From Azolla caroliniana (Eukaryota > Plantae > Polypodiophyta): a stretch of 64,000 bases of DNA. Positions 23,478 through 36,100 of the stretch are shown here, one piece after another (position 1 is the first letter of the stretch; each line of letters begins with the position of its first letter). The DNA lies in NCBI GenBank assembly GCA_043228905.1, contig JBHGNT010000015.1:16988001-17052000 (forward strand). Direction: 5' to 3'. The notes under the pieces were generated by a model that saw nothing but the letters and a program-made list of their open reading frames with translations, was not told the DNA's origin and ran no database searches. A program made the position numbers and the translations under genes.

Positions 23478-26400
23478 TCAGTCGTCTTGTCTGCTCAACA
23501 AGCCCATTTCAGCTCCCTCATTGTTGTGACTCTGGCGCTTGTTGACCCGTTGGTTCCTTCGTGTCGGCGTCGACTTCTGCTCCGTCCGTGTCCGCTTGGC
23601 CTTTAGTTGATCCAGCTTCTTCGAATCTTGAACCGAATCAATTTCCTTCAATTCGTTCCAACTCTTGTCCAAGTTGGTGTTCTCCAACTCATCTTCCTGT
23701 TTCAGGCCCTTCACCACACCGGACCACGTCCGGGTCTTGGTCGTTTTCTTCCGGTTGGCTCTGTCCTTCTTGACTCTACCGCCGATGCCGCTTGCTCCAA
23801 CCTTTTCGGATGTGCCAACTCCTTCAGTCGGCTTGGCTTCCTTTTTCCTCTTGTCTCCCCCTTTGTTGGTTCTTTCTTCCTCTTCGGCTCCTTGTTTGAT
23901 GCCATCTGTTCCCTTTCCTTTTCTCCCCCTTAAGTGCGGCACGTCGAGATGCTAAACACCAAGCATTTCGGTGAAGTGCTGCAACTTGTCCGATCCAAGC
24001 GGTTTGGTGAAGATATCGGCAATTTGCTGATCCATCTGAATATACCGAAGTTCTACTTCACCGCTCAAAACCCGCTCATGCACAAAGTGATAGTGGACTT
24101 CTATGTGCTTTGTCCGAGCATGGAACACAGGGTTCTTGGCGAGTTGAATGTTGCTCATGTTGTCACAATAGATCAAGATCGGGGTCGGGACCTCAAACCA
24201 TAGGTCTTGCAACAGTCGCCGAAGCCAGATGGCTTCACAGGTGGCATTGGTAGCACCCCGGTAGTCAACCTCAATGCTCGACAAAGCCATTGTTGGTTGC
24301 CTTTTGCTGCTCCACGCAACGGTTGCGCTACCTAGAGAAAACATGTAACCAGAGGTCGATCGGCGATCCGATGCATCACCAGCCGAATTGGCATCACTAT
24401 ATCCGACTAGCTTCCCAGCTATACCGTGTCAATATAACAGTCCCCAATCCTTCATGCCGCTCACATACCAGAGTATCCGGTGCGCGCACTGAAGGTGCTC
24501 GACGATCAGCTTCTGCATGAACTGGTTGATCACTCCAACCGGGTAACTGAGGTCAGGTCGAGTGATTGTCAAGTATATAAGGCTTCCGATGATTTGTCAG
24601 AACCGTTTCTAATCGCAGGCCGGTTCGGAGTTGGGACAGAGCTTCTGGTTCCAGCCATGGGTGTGGAGACAGGTCAGCACTCCGTCGTACTGAACTTGTA
24701 CAGCATATTCAACACATAGTGTCGTTGTCATAGCAATATGCCGTCAGGGGTTCAGATCACCTCGATCCCAAGAAAATAATGAAGATCCCCCAGATCCTTC
24801 ATTTCAAATGCGTCCGACAACTGGAATTTACTTGGCCAATTTCATTGAGTCTGGGTCCGGTGATGACTAAATCATCAACATAAAGTAGGATGCAAATCGG
24901 ACCGTCCGGACCTTGCTAGATGAACGACGACGAGTCAGATTTAGAGGTCACAAACCCCATCTTACGCAACTGGTGCGTGATCTTTGCATTCCAAGCTCGG
25001 GGGGCTTGTTTCAAACTGTAAAGCGACTTCTTGAGTCGGTACACCGCCAACTTGTTCATCTCCGACTGAAAACCGGGAGGTTGGATCATATAGACCCGTT
25101 CTTCAAGGTCACCTTGAAGAAACGCATTCTTCACGTCCATTTGGTGAAGATGCCACCCCCTTGCCGCAGCAACCGCCAGTACCACACGAACCGTCGTCAT
25201 CTTCGCTACCGGAGCGAAGGTCTCGGCGTAATCAATTCCTTGGGTCTATGTGTATCCCTTCGCCACTAACCAGGCCTTGTAACGGTGAACCGAACCGTCG
25301 GCATTTTACTTTACCTTGTACACCCATTTCCAACCGATCGGTTTACAGTGTCGAGGAGGGTCAACGAGGTCCCATGTGTCGTTGGCATCTAGTGCCCACA
25401 TTTCTTCCTCTATAGCAGCACACCAATTTGCGTCCTTTGCTGCTTCTGCGTAGCTCCTCGGCTCACGCACTTCCGCCACCATAGTCATGAACACATAATG
25501 ATGTGCCATGTACTCATTGTACCCGTACCGCGTGACGGGGTTCTTCAGGCGGGAAGACCAGCGTAACTTGGTATTACCCAGTTTGGGGCCCTTCTTGGCT
25601 AGGTCGGACTTCGTTCCCGAAGATCCGCCTTCATCCTTTCCGGAGTCAGATTCACTCCAATCCGACTCAACGTTGCCGGTTTTGTATACCGGCATCTTCT
25701 TCTTCCCCTTCTCTTTGCACGTGAACCATCTCCTCGGTTCCTTGCGCGGGGAGAGCACGGAAGAGTCTCCACTACTCGTTGGTTCCTCATCTGATTGGTC
25801 ATCCCGACTCAGCCGCTCATTCGGTCCACTTAGCCGAATGAGGTCGGACTCTTTTCTAGAGTGCCGAAGACTTCATCTTCTACCTGGACCTCCTCGGGCT
25901 CACTAGCCTCATCTTCCGAAATCGGGTCTTCGTCAGGAGTTGGAGTCGGTAAGGAGTACCATGATGCCGTATCATCAAACTCGACATCTCGGCTTACTCG
26001 AACCTACTTAGTCTGGGGGGTTATAACACTTATACCCCTTTTGCTCATGCGAGTAACCGACTAGAATGCACTTCTCCGACTTCGGATCCAGCTTCCTCCA
26101 CTACTCATCCTGTACATGCACATATGCTATGCTACCGAATGTGCTGACACCTTGTCACCGATCCGGTTCTGGATGTAGACGGTCGTCCGAACCGCCTCGG
26201 CCCGGTAGAATTTGGGCATGCTCTTCTCCTCCAGCATTGCCCTTGCTGCATCGAAAATCGACCGGTTCTTCCTTTCGTCCACACCGTTTTGCTCCGATCT
26301 GTACCTACAACTGAATTCTCTCCGAATTCCGTTCTGCTGCAGATAAATGTTGAATTGGCCAGAAAAGTATTCTTTCCCGCCATCCGACCACAGGCACTTG

Positions 26401-28154
26401 ATCTTCCTCTCCGTTTCCCGTTCAACCAAGCTTTGAAGGTTCGGGAAACACTCGAAGACTTTGCTCTTCCTCTCGATGAGGTAGATCCACGTGTGCCGGC
26501 TGTAATCATCGATGAAGGAGACGAAATACCGACTCCCGCCAAGACTAATGTTTTGTGTCGGTCCCCATACATCCAAATGGATTAAATCAAGCTTGTTATG
26601 GCTTCGGTTTCGATCGATGGGGAATGGAAGCCGGTGTTGCTTCCCGAGTTGGCAGGATCACAAATTTCGGCCTCCCGACTGCTAAATTTCAGCAAACCGA
26701 AAATGACTTGTTTCGATTGCAAGTCTTGGAGCCTCCGATAATTGACGTGGCTAATCCGCTTGTGCCACATGTCGATGTCCAATTCAACCTTCTGCCCTTT
26801 CGCAAACATAGAGGTGCCGACATCATTAGTGTTGAGGATGAACATCCTCCCGTCTCTGCATCCTTGCGCAATTATCTGGCCCTCTTCCTTGATGAAGCAC
26901 CCTAGGTGCGTAAACCGCACCTGCATCCCCTGGTCGACGATTTACCCAACTGACACCAGGTTCATTGTGATAGTCTGAACGTGTAGTACATTCATCAGCT
27001 TCCCCTTTTGTCTGACATGGCTTAAAGGGACTTCTCCAACATGCACAATCGGGTGAGGGGTATCGTCTCCGATTTTGACAATCCCTAGTTGTTCCGGTTT
27101 CTCCAAAAAAGAGAACCACTCTTCATTGCTCGTCATGTGGTTGGACACTCCGGAATCAACATACCATCATTGATTTAGCCTTGTGCTTCATCACGAAGGT
27201 TGGCCCTTTACCGGTTTTCCCGGTTCCGGATCCTTCCGATCCTTCCGTGTAGTGCAAGCTTTGCCGGTTCTCCCAACCGGTTTTGCCGAATCCGGATTTG
27301 TGCGAATCGGCGCGCTTCTTCCAGCACTCGCTTTCCCTGTGGCCATTTTTGCCACAGTACGAGCATTTTGTGTCGGCCTTTCCTTGCCGGTTTCCGGCAC
27401 CGCTTTGACTCCCCCTGCTTGTGGAGGGTTCGGAACTACTGTCGGCACAACCTCTGTGCCTCCGGTCCTGCTCTTGTCGGCCGCCTCCATTGCGTGCCGA
27501 CCCACCTCATCCACCACGTCCATGGGGCCGATCTATCTCCGTGTACAACGTCCGGCCGTCCGATTGAGTGGTCCTTCACCCACTCACGTGGTTTTCTTCC
27601 ACGATCAGCATCGATTGCAAGTCAAAGAAGGACAGTGGTTTCTCCCGGGTGCAGATTGTTGTCCGGATTGGCTCGTACCTTTGCGCTAGACCACCGCGGC
27701 AGATTTGTACCATCTTATCTTCGTCCACCGTCATGTTGATGGACCTGAGTGCATCGCAAATCTCCTTTATCTTGGTGATGTAGTTCGTAACCAACATGTC
27801 TTTTTGCCGGATGTTGCTCAGCTCTTTCCGGAGCTGCAACTTACGAGTTGTGGTACTTGCGGCGAAAATCTTCCGTAGATTTTCCCAGGCCTCCTTCGCC
27901 ATCTTTGCATCCTTGATGTAGCTGAGCATTTGATCATGCACACCGGACGCGAGACAGTACAGTACCCGACTCGCTCCTTGCTCCCATATCGGGAAGTCTT
28001 TGTGTGACGGCTCCGATGCTACTTCATTTGTTCCTTCCACGAAGCTCCAATATCCATGCCCCAGCAGGTAATGGTGCATTTTATATGACCAGGACGCATA
28101 GTTGCTCTGGTTGAGCTTCTCTATTGGAAGTGAACTCGCCATTCCTCTGTCCAT
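23478..28154 (-). pseudogene. gag-pol: Copia gag-pol fragments with a charged C-terminal extension
   Basis: EKLNQSNYASWS gag; DVWGP..FIDDYSR..QNGVDERKNR; QMDVKNAFLQGDL; [13 protein letters not shown]; then the K/E-rich ORF 23478-23942. Confidence 0.88.
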
Positions 28155-28248
28155 ATCTTCTCTCTATTTGTTGTTACCAGGTTCTAGGGTTCGTCTACGG
28201 AAGCAAATATCGGCTGCAGAGGTTCTCAACCCTCGCGCTCTGATACCA

Positions 28249-28668
28249 TGTGAATGTTAATGTGTAGAAGCGTCAGACAGAACCAGCTCAGCTGGATAGC
28301 AACAGAAAATTAGATAAAGGTTTAATGGAAAAGCTTAAAACACAGAGGAGACAGAGAGAGCTGAACATAAAACTATACAAAAATTAACTCTAAAACTCTA
28401 TACATACAACGTGCTAAAAAACACTATTTATACAAGTCCATAAAGGACTGACAAAAGTACTAACAGGTACTTCAATGCTCACACGTGCGACTGACACTAA
28501 CTATGAGACAATGATTACCTAGTAGTCTAGGCTACTACTAGGCTTTCGGTTCCCGCTCGAATCCGGCTCTCCGATCTGGCTCCCCAATCCGGCCAGTTGT
28601 TTCCGGATACCAATCCGACTCACGCTTATTCAACCGATCCGGATCCGGTTGAGCTTGCTCGCTTAACA
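28249..28668 (-). repeat. 5' LTR (~420 bp)
   Basis: Direct repeat of 22466-22877; abuts PBS TGGTATCAGAGC (-). Confidence 0.9.
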
Positions 28669-31353
28669 TTCTTCAATGAATACTCTATTCTCTCTTAATG
28701 GAACCATCAGATAATAGTGGGAAAAAATGTCTCTTTTGAAATCGATAGAGATGTCGTAGAAAGACTGACCCACCAAGCTTAATCGGCGATTTGAAAACAA
28801 TCAAAATCGACCGAGCCGACATCACCCATGCCGACCTCGAATCAACAAGAGATCCACTAGTCGAAAATGGGTCGACTATGCAATTGACAAGAAGTGACAA
28901 AGACAATATGTCCAAGGCAAAAGTTGTCATGTCAATCAATCCCAAAGAAGGGGAGGATGACTTGACACCGCCGAAATCCCTCTACAGGGGTGAGTCATCC
29001 AACAAGACTCTTGACATCAGTGGTTCAACAAATACCGATCGACCGATAGAGTCGATTGAAGGATCCCAACCGATCATGTCGGTACCCAGGAGATCCAGAC
29101 CGGCACCCAGGAGATCTAGAAGAGTTCGAAAGCCAATAGATTTCTATCAACCAGGCCTCGACTACGTCAACTACACCAATGCAGGCAAACCAAGCACATA
29201 TGAAGAAGCTATAGCTGCACCAGATGCCGATACATGGCTACAAGCCATGCAATCCGAGATGGACTCGATTTGAAAAAATCAAAAATGGGAGTTGGTCGAA
29301 CTACCAGCAAGAAGGAAGTTGCTACCCTGCAAATGGGTCTTCGCGTACAAATATGTATCCGACTCTGAGTAACCCAAATACAAAGCTCAGCTTGTTGCGA
29401 AGGGATTCAAACAAGAACACGGGGTTGACTATGATGAGATATTCGCGCCAATAGTCAAGTTGACCACCCTACGACTCCTACTCGGGGTCGTGGCAACAGA
29501 GGACCTTGAGCTTGAGCAGCTAGACATCAAGACAGCTTTCCTACACGGAGATCTGGAAGAAGACATCTACATCTCTCAACCGGTAGGCTTTACGGCGACG
29601 AGGGAGGAAGGTCACCTTGTCTGTTGACTGATGAAAAGCCTCTATGGCTTAAAACAAGCGTTGACGATGTGGTACCAAAAGTTTGACTCCTACATCTGAC
29701 AACTCAACTACAGCTGGTCCGACTCCGACCCATGTCTATATACTCGGCAATTGGCCGACAAGTCCCGATTCTATGTGATCCTATATGTTGACGTCATGTT
29801 GATTGCAGGAAGCAATCTAGCCGAAATCATAAAGTTAAAGCGGAGCCTTCACGACAAGTTTGCGATGAAGTAACTCAGACAAGCACGACACATATTGGGC
29901 ATGAGGATCGAGTGAAATCGGACGACAAAGACTCTCCAGCTCTCCCAGTCCGACTACATCCGAAAGGAGCTAAGGCGCTTCAACATGGAGAACGTGACGC
30001 CAGCACCAACACCGCTTCCGACGTCGATCCGAATATCAAACAGAGACCCTCCTTCAACGGACAAGGAGAGAGAGCTCAATCGGAAGATACCGTACACATC
30101 GGTCGTGGGAAGTATCATGTATGCGATGGTGGGGACCTGACCTGACCTTGCCTATGTCGTAGGGCTTGTTAGACGCTACATGTTGAATCCAAGACGGAAG
30201 CATTGGGAGGTTGTCAAGCACATCTTCAGGTACCTAAAAGGGACCGAATATGAACAATTGACTTTCGGATCGACAAACCTGACCGAAGTTAAAGGATATA
30301 CCGACTCTTACTATGTCGGGAATTCAGACAATCAGAAGTCAACATCAGGTTACATCTTCAGCTATGGTGGTGGTGCCATATCATGGAGTTCAAACCTGCA
30401 AGAGTGCATGACCCTGTCTACCACAGAGGCAGACTACATAGCAGCATCAAAAGCAGCGAAGGAAGCCATCTGACTACACCAACTGTCAGTCGATTTCTCG
30501 ATGACCAGTTGAATCGCCCAACCAGCGTCGACCATTTACTATGACTCATACAGCGTGATACACTTCATAAATAATCATGTCTATCATGCGAAGATAAAAC
30601 ATATTGAGGTGTGGTATCATCACATCCGGGAGCTCGTAACAACAAAGAAGCTCAAAGTCCGGAAGATCGACACCGAGGTGAACATCATCGATTGCCTGAC
30701 AAAGCCACTCCCAAATCAACACTTTGGAGCACTAAGGACAAAGATGGGACTAAGACAAGCAACCGAGCAGAAGAACGTCGAGCGTGGAATAGAAGGTAAG
30801 TCGAAGACCTGCCCGATCGGACGAGCCAACAAGGCAAAGTCAAAAGAATCGAAAGCACAGGAGCAAGCACGAGCTGACAACGAGCCGACTTGACGCAAGA
30901 CATTGTGAACAATTCAATCCAACCGATTCGGATAACAAGCCGAATCAGGCTAGATATCGACCTTTCCTCTACCGACTCGGCTATATGCCAATTGACTAGG
31001 TTAAATTGTAATCTAGGTTTACGTGGGAGATAACCCCTTACCATTGTATGTAGAAAGAGTATTCCTTTTACGGGGGAGTTTGTTAGCATAAAAAGCCGAC
31101 TCCTTCCACTTTGTATCTTAGTATGAACACGTCCAAATAGTTAGTTCTTAGTATATAACCTCTAACCTAACGTTGTAACGATGACGATCTTGTATCTTGA
31201 GTCTTTGAGTACAGAGTTACAGAATAACGAGAGCTTCCATTAAAGCTTGAATTGGGTCTACGTTTCCATCATTTCTTCTATCATATTCTCTGTGTTTTTA
31301 GTTGTGCACATAACGGATAGGTCCTCACATTCTTCCGCGCACATCTGTCCACA
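28669..31353 (+). mobile_element. 5'-truncated, decayed Ty1/copia (post-integrase linker, RT, RNase H, PPT, 3' LTR ~31081-31353)
   Basis: PSTYEEA..WLQAMQSEMDS; EQLDIKTAFLHGDL; HWEVVKHIFRYLKGT; LSTTEADY; KHIEVWYH; GGGGGAG PPT at 31072-31078 then TGTTAG. The LTR end is approximate. Confidence 0.85.
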
Positions 31354-32414
31354 ATGCCCACTACTTAATGTAGTTGATTAGGTATAATTTAGCTAATTTG
31401 TTATGGCTACTACCTGATGTAGCTAATTTGCTATGTCTACTATTTGATGTAACTAATTAGTTATTACCTATTGTAATGTAAATCGCTTATTGGTTATTAG
31501 TATTTAATTAGTTATTGATACTAACTAATATAGGTAATAAGTGATCTATTATAATGTTTATCGGCTATTAAATGTTAACTACTTATCACTATAAGCTTAA
31601 AAATCAATAGAGAATTAAATGGTTGTGGCTAATAACTATAAATAATTAGGTAGAGTAATTATGTTATACAAAATAGATTAGAGATGTGTGTTATGTGTGT
31701 GTGAAAGAGGAGAGAAGAGAGACAAGATAGATAGGAAAATAAAAAGACTCAAATGTATATTAATGAATAAGAAATGCAATAGAAAACAACCAAGTACAAG
31801 GGAATGTGGGAGGTGCTTTATGTAAAGTCACCCTCTCTCTTCATTAAAATGCCCACTCTCTCTCTCTATCAACTATAAAAGCTCATGTGTCATGGGGATT
31901 AGGGAAACTCATTAGTTATGTGTCATAGAATATGATTCTATGACACATAGTTAATGTGTAGAAAGTAATGGTGACCTTTGACCTTTTACTGTACAAAGGT
32001 GTGTACGCACACTGGACTTAGGTTTAGTTTGATTCTCAATAATAACTAATAGCTAGAACTACTAATATTGAGTTATCTTAGTTTCTGAAACGTTTAAGGC
32101 ACAAATCCTTCTTGTTGGGTGAAACTCTACTCTCATTAGTCCAAAATATGGTGATTATATCCTTGATTTTTGATGTTATGGGCTGAACTAGCTTACATTT
32201 TGTGGTTAGCTTTAGTAGACTACTTCCTTCACCTCCTGAACTTACGTAGTTCATTGTATTGTACATGTTTTTTTCTACTTTAAACACCAATTAACTTAGA
32301 TAGCACATTGATGTTAAGACTGTTACCATTAATATTAAGTAACGTCATTAGACTAGATCTTTTTAAGACAATATCATCTTCAGACTTGCTTATGCCGAGT
32401 AGAGTTTTTCTGAG

Positions 32415-32872
32415 TGTTCTCCAGAGGACAGAAATGTAAAATTAGGAAATTAGCAAACGCCGAGTCCGAGTATCACGGGCCACCGACGGCTCGGCTGTGT
32501 ATTAGGGGAAAAGTTATTTAAACGAGGACCAATACCTCAGAGTCGGGAGAGAAGAAAAATATAGCCGGAAGCACTAGCTTAGGCCATCGTAACTAGATAA
32601 ACTTGTAAGGTCACCGGCCATAGGTCGTGTTTTGTAATCTTTTTCTGTCATATTAATAGATCTTATTTGTGCCCATTTTGCTCCATGAGTCTGTGCTTTG
32701 ATCCATACCTATGAGTGCAACGCCGCCCACGTCTATCAAGACCTCGCTAGTGTTTTCTCTCTGAGCCCTGTATCTCTCTCAACGCCTCTATTACGAGCCT
32801 TCACGTACCACGCCCTTGAAGACCGATAGCCCCAGATCTATCGAAGGTGTTCACCCAAAGGAACGGGTAACA
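32415..32872 (+). repeat. 5' LTR (458 bp)
   Basis: TGTTCTCCAGAGG...GGGTAACA; direct repeat of 43022-43479. Confidence 0.95.
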
Positions 32873-32877
32873 CAATT

Positions 32878-32890
32878 TGGCACGCCCAGT
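32878..32890 (+). promoter_or_regulatory. PBS (tRNA-Arg type)
   Basis: TGGCACGCCCAGT, 5 nt after the LTR; matches the first 13 nt of the TGGCACGCCCAGTGGGAC PBS known from plant Tat-type elements. Confidence 0.8.
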
Positions 32891-33165
32891 TACAGTTGTG
32901 AGTGCACAGCGAACTTCGTTGAAGGTAACCACCAGCCGCCGTTACGGCGCCCTCTCGCACCACGAGGTCTCGGCCACCCACCCGACGCCCTGAGCCAGTC
33001 GAAGGAACTTCCGACTCGACGGTCACTGACCAATCCTTTCCCGATCAATCGGAGGCTTGTCCAGTGCAATCCTCACCACCGGACACTCGATAGCGAGTTG
33101 ATTCACCACCAAAACCCCCGTCGAGCCCTCCGGAGGTCAATCAACCGGAACTAAACCCTTTTCCG

Positions 33166-36100
33166 GTGCTACCAGAAGACCCACAGTACGACATCATGCC
33201 GTACCCATACCCACGATACACCGACGGACCAGACGCGGAATCACACGTCCGTGCCTTCATATCCACGTGGCAGGCTAACCACTCCACGCACCGCCTCACG
33301 CCGGCCGAAATCGATGCCTCGAAGATTGCTGAGTTCACACTCTCCCTCGATGGACCGGCTGCACGATGGTACTCTCGCCTCGAAATAGGAGAGGCCACCA
33401 CTTTCCAAATCGTGCGCACAAAGTTCCTTGAACTTTTTCATCGCGAAGTGCCTAAACGAGAACTGCTCCGACAATTCTTGTCTATATGCGAGGAACCACA
33501 CGAAACGGTCGCGCAGTTCACGATCCGGTTCTAGGATCTCTACAGACAAGTGGCCGATGATGTCTCGGCACAACATATACCGGACACTTTCCTATCCAGT
33601 TTACGAGAGCCTCTACAAACGACTCTCGCACTTACAAATTTCGCCAACCATACTATCGAACAAGTCATAGCGCGTGTTCTTGCCCTCAATCGGAACCAGC
33701 ACGACACGGCCTTCTCGATGACATCCTTGCAAAACGCTCTTCCCCAAGAGGACAATCGCTTTCGCCAAGCCCTCCAATGCACTGCGTGTTCAGGATCAGG
33801 GCACCTGGCCCTCGAATGTCCCCACCGACCACAGTGTTCGATCTGTCAGACTCGAGCTCACACGGTCGAGCAGTGCGAATATAATATGCTAAACCGCACA
33901 ACGGCGGCACCGGTCCGCCAGATCGAGCCACGAAATACATACTCTCGGCAGGACGAGCGATATATCTACTGAGACCAGGATAACGACCAACCGCGATCCC
34001 CGGATCGACGGCGCCTAGACGGCGACTACCGACGTGATAACCGTCGTGATTATTATCGCGATGACCAGCACGACGATTATGCTCGATACGATGATGACCG
34101 CGATGATCGGTATGACCGAAGGAACTCACGCATTGATCGGCAAAACGGCAACCGCAACACACACAACAATAGAAGACCTAATGACAACCGCCGACAGGAC
34201 GCTCCTCAAAATGACCAGCGCAACTCCAACGCACCTCGGAACAACCCACCACCAAACGAGACCGAGAATCAACAACAATAGCTTCCACACACAGACCGAG
34301 CAGACACCAGCAGCTCGGCCAACGTGACATGTTTTAAATGTAATCAACCAGGCCACTACGCCACGCAATGCACGACAACGAACCGTGGCAAGGCACCCGC
34401 GGTGAACAGTATCATGGCCGATGTTCAAACGGTCACTACTCGGAGTAAAGCGCAGACTACTCAGTGGCAAATCCAGGATGAAGTACGTCAGGCAGCAAAA
34501 GAATGGGTCGACACGGCCAATAAAAATAATGTCGTACGCATGCAAACTGACATGAGGGACGGGCCCAGTGAAGTACCACAAACCTCGGCACCATCCACGT
34601 CGGAGGAGGACGACCAGCTATGGGATGTTCTTACCAACTCCCGCATCTCGCTGCCCCTACATAAACTGCTACCACTCATGCCGAGATTTCGGGACACCCT
34701 GGCGGCACTCCAGGCCAATACTAAGCCTGTGACGCCACCGGTACACCTCACCGAAGCAGGAACCGGTCCACCACTCATGGATTCTCAGAACCCAGTCGTG
34801 CGAATCATCATTAAGGGACAAGACCTGCACGGATGCATCATCGATGGCGGATCCGGCGTAAACGTTATTAGCGAGTCAACATGTCTCAACCTAGGCTTGA
34901 ATCAATGGGAACCATGCCCCTTTTGGCTTCGGATGGCCGACACCCGCTCCGTTCGCCCCATTGGTTTAATCCGCCATCTCGACTTCACACTCGGAGGCCA
35001 CATGTTCACAATCTCGGCCGTCGTGCTACGACTGGAGACACAAGGCGCCTACCCAATGTTACTAGGTCGACCATGGTTGCGTACAGCAAATATCAAGCAA
35101 CATTGGCAACGCAACATGATCTCGTTCCGAAGAGGAAAGACAAAAGTCCGAATCATCACTGAAGAACGAGTCCCCGTCGCCCTCAACACTTCGCCGTTAT
35201 ACGTGGAAGGGGTCCATATGCTCGACGGGTTGGCCGATGAGGAGGTCGATGACTTCCTAGATGATCATCCCACGATCATCCCTCTCTTAGAAATCAATGC
35301 CTTACCAACCATCGAGCCATCTAAAGACGAGGAAGTCACGGAGGAGTCACCACCCCAGGAGGAACCAGATGCAACCACGATTGTCGAGCTACGTCATGCT
35401 CGGGAGGCTTTCGAACGCGAACTTGCCATTTCACAACGAGTGAAAGCATCAACCCTGGAAACAATAAACCTCGGTTCGAACGAGAATCCCCGTACGGTAC
35501 AAATTGCCAATAATCTACCAACCAGAGAACGGGCATGCCTCGTAAAATTACTCACCGACTACCAGGATGTTTTCGATTGGTCTTACACCGATATGAAGGG
35601 GTTGGATCCTCAATACTACCAACATCAAATTCACATCTTACCCGACACTCGGTCGGTTCAGCAGAGGCGCTACAGGATGAACCCCAACTACGCCGCTAAA
35701 GTCAAAGAGGAAATTGACAAACTACTCCGAGTGGGCTTCATTCGCCCTGTTAAACGGGCTACATGGTTGAGCCCGATCGTAGTGGTCCCAAAGAAGAACG
35801 GAAAAATCCGCGTCTGCGTCGACTATCGGAAGCTTAACGTGGCAACAGTCACCGACGGTTTCCCTCTCCCATTCACGGATAGCCGGCCACGAATGCTACA
35901 GTTTCCTCGACGGGTTCAGCGGCTATAACCAAATAAGAATGCACCCGGAGGATCGGGAGAAAACCGCTTTCGTCACGGAATGGGGTGTTTTTGTAGCAGA
36001 AGTTATGATGTTCGGTCTAAAAACGGCGCCGGCTACGTTCCAGCGCATCATCATCGAAATCTTTCATGACTACATCCCGGCGTTCATGCAAGTCTATCTC

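Larger units (their letters stand above)
22466..28668 (-). mobile_element. Decayed Ty1/copia with two LTRs but no matching TSD
   Basis: LTRs at 22466-22877 and 28249-28668, PBS at 28237-28248 and PPT at 22878-22889. Gag (27576-28154), integrase, RT and RNase H fragments lie on the minus strand. Confidence 0.9.
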
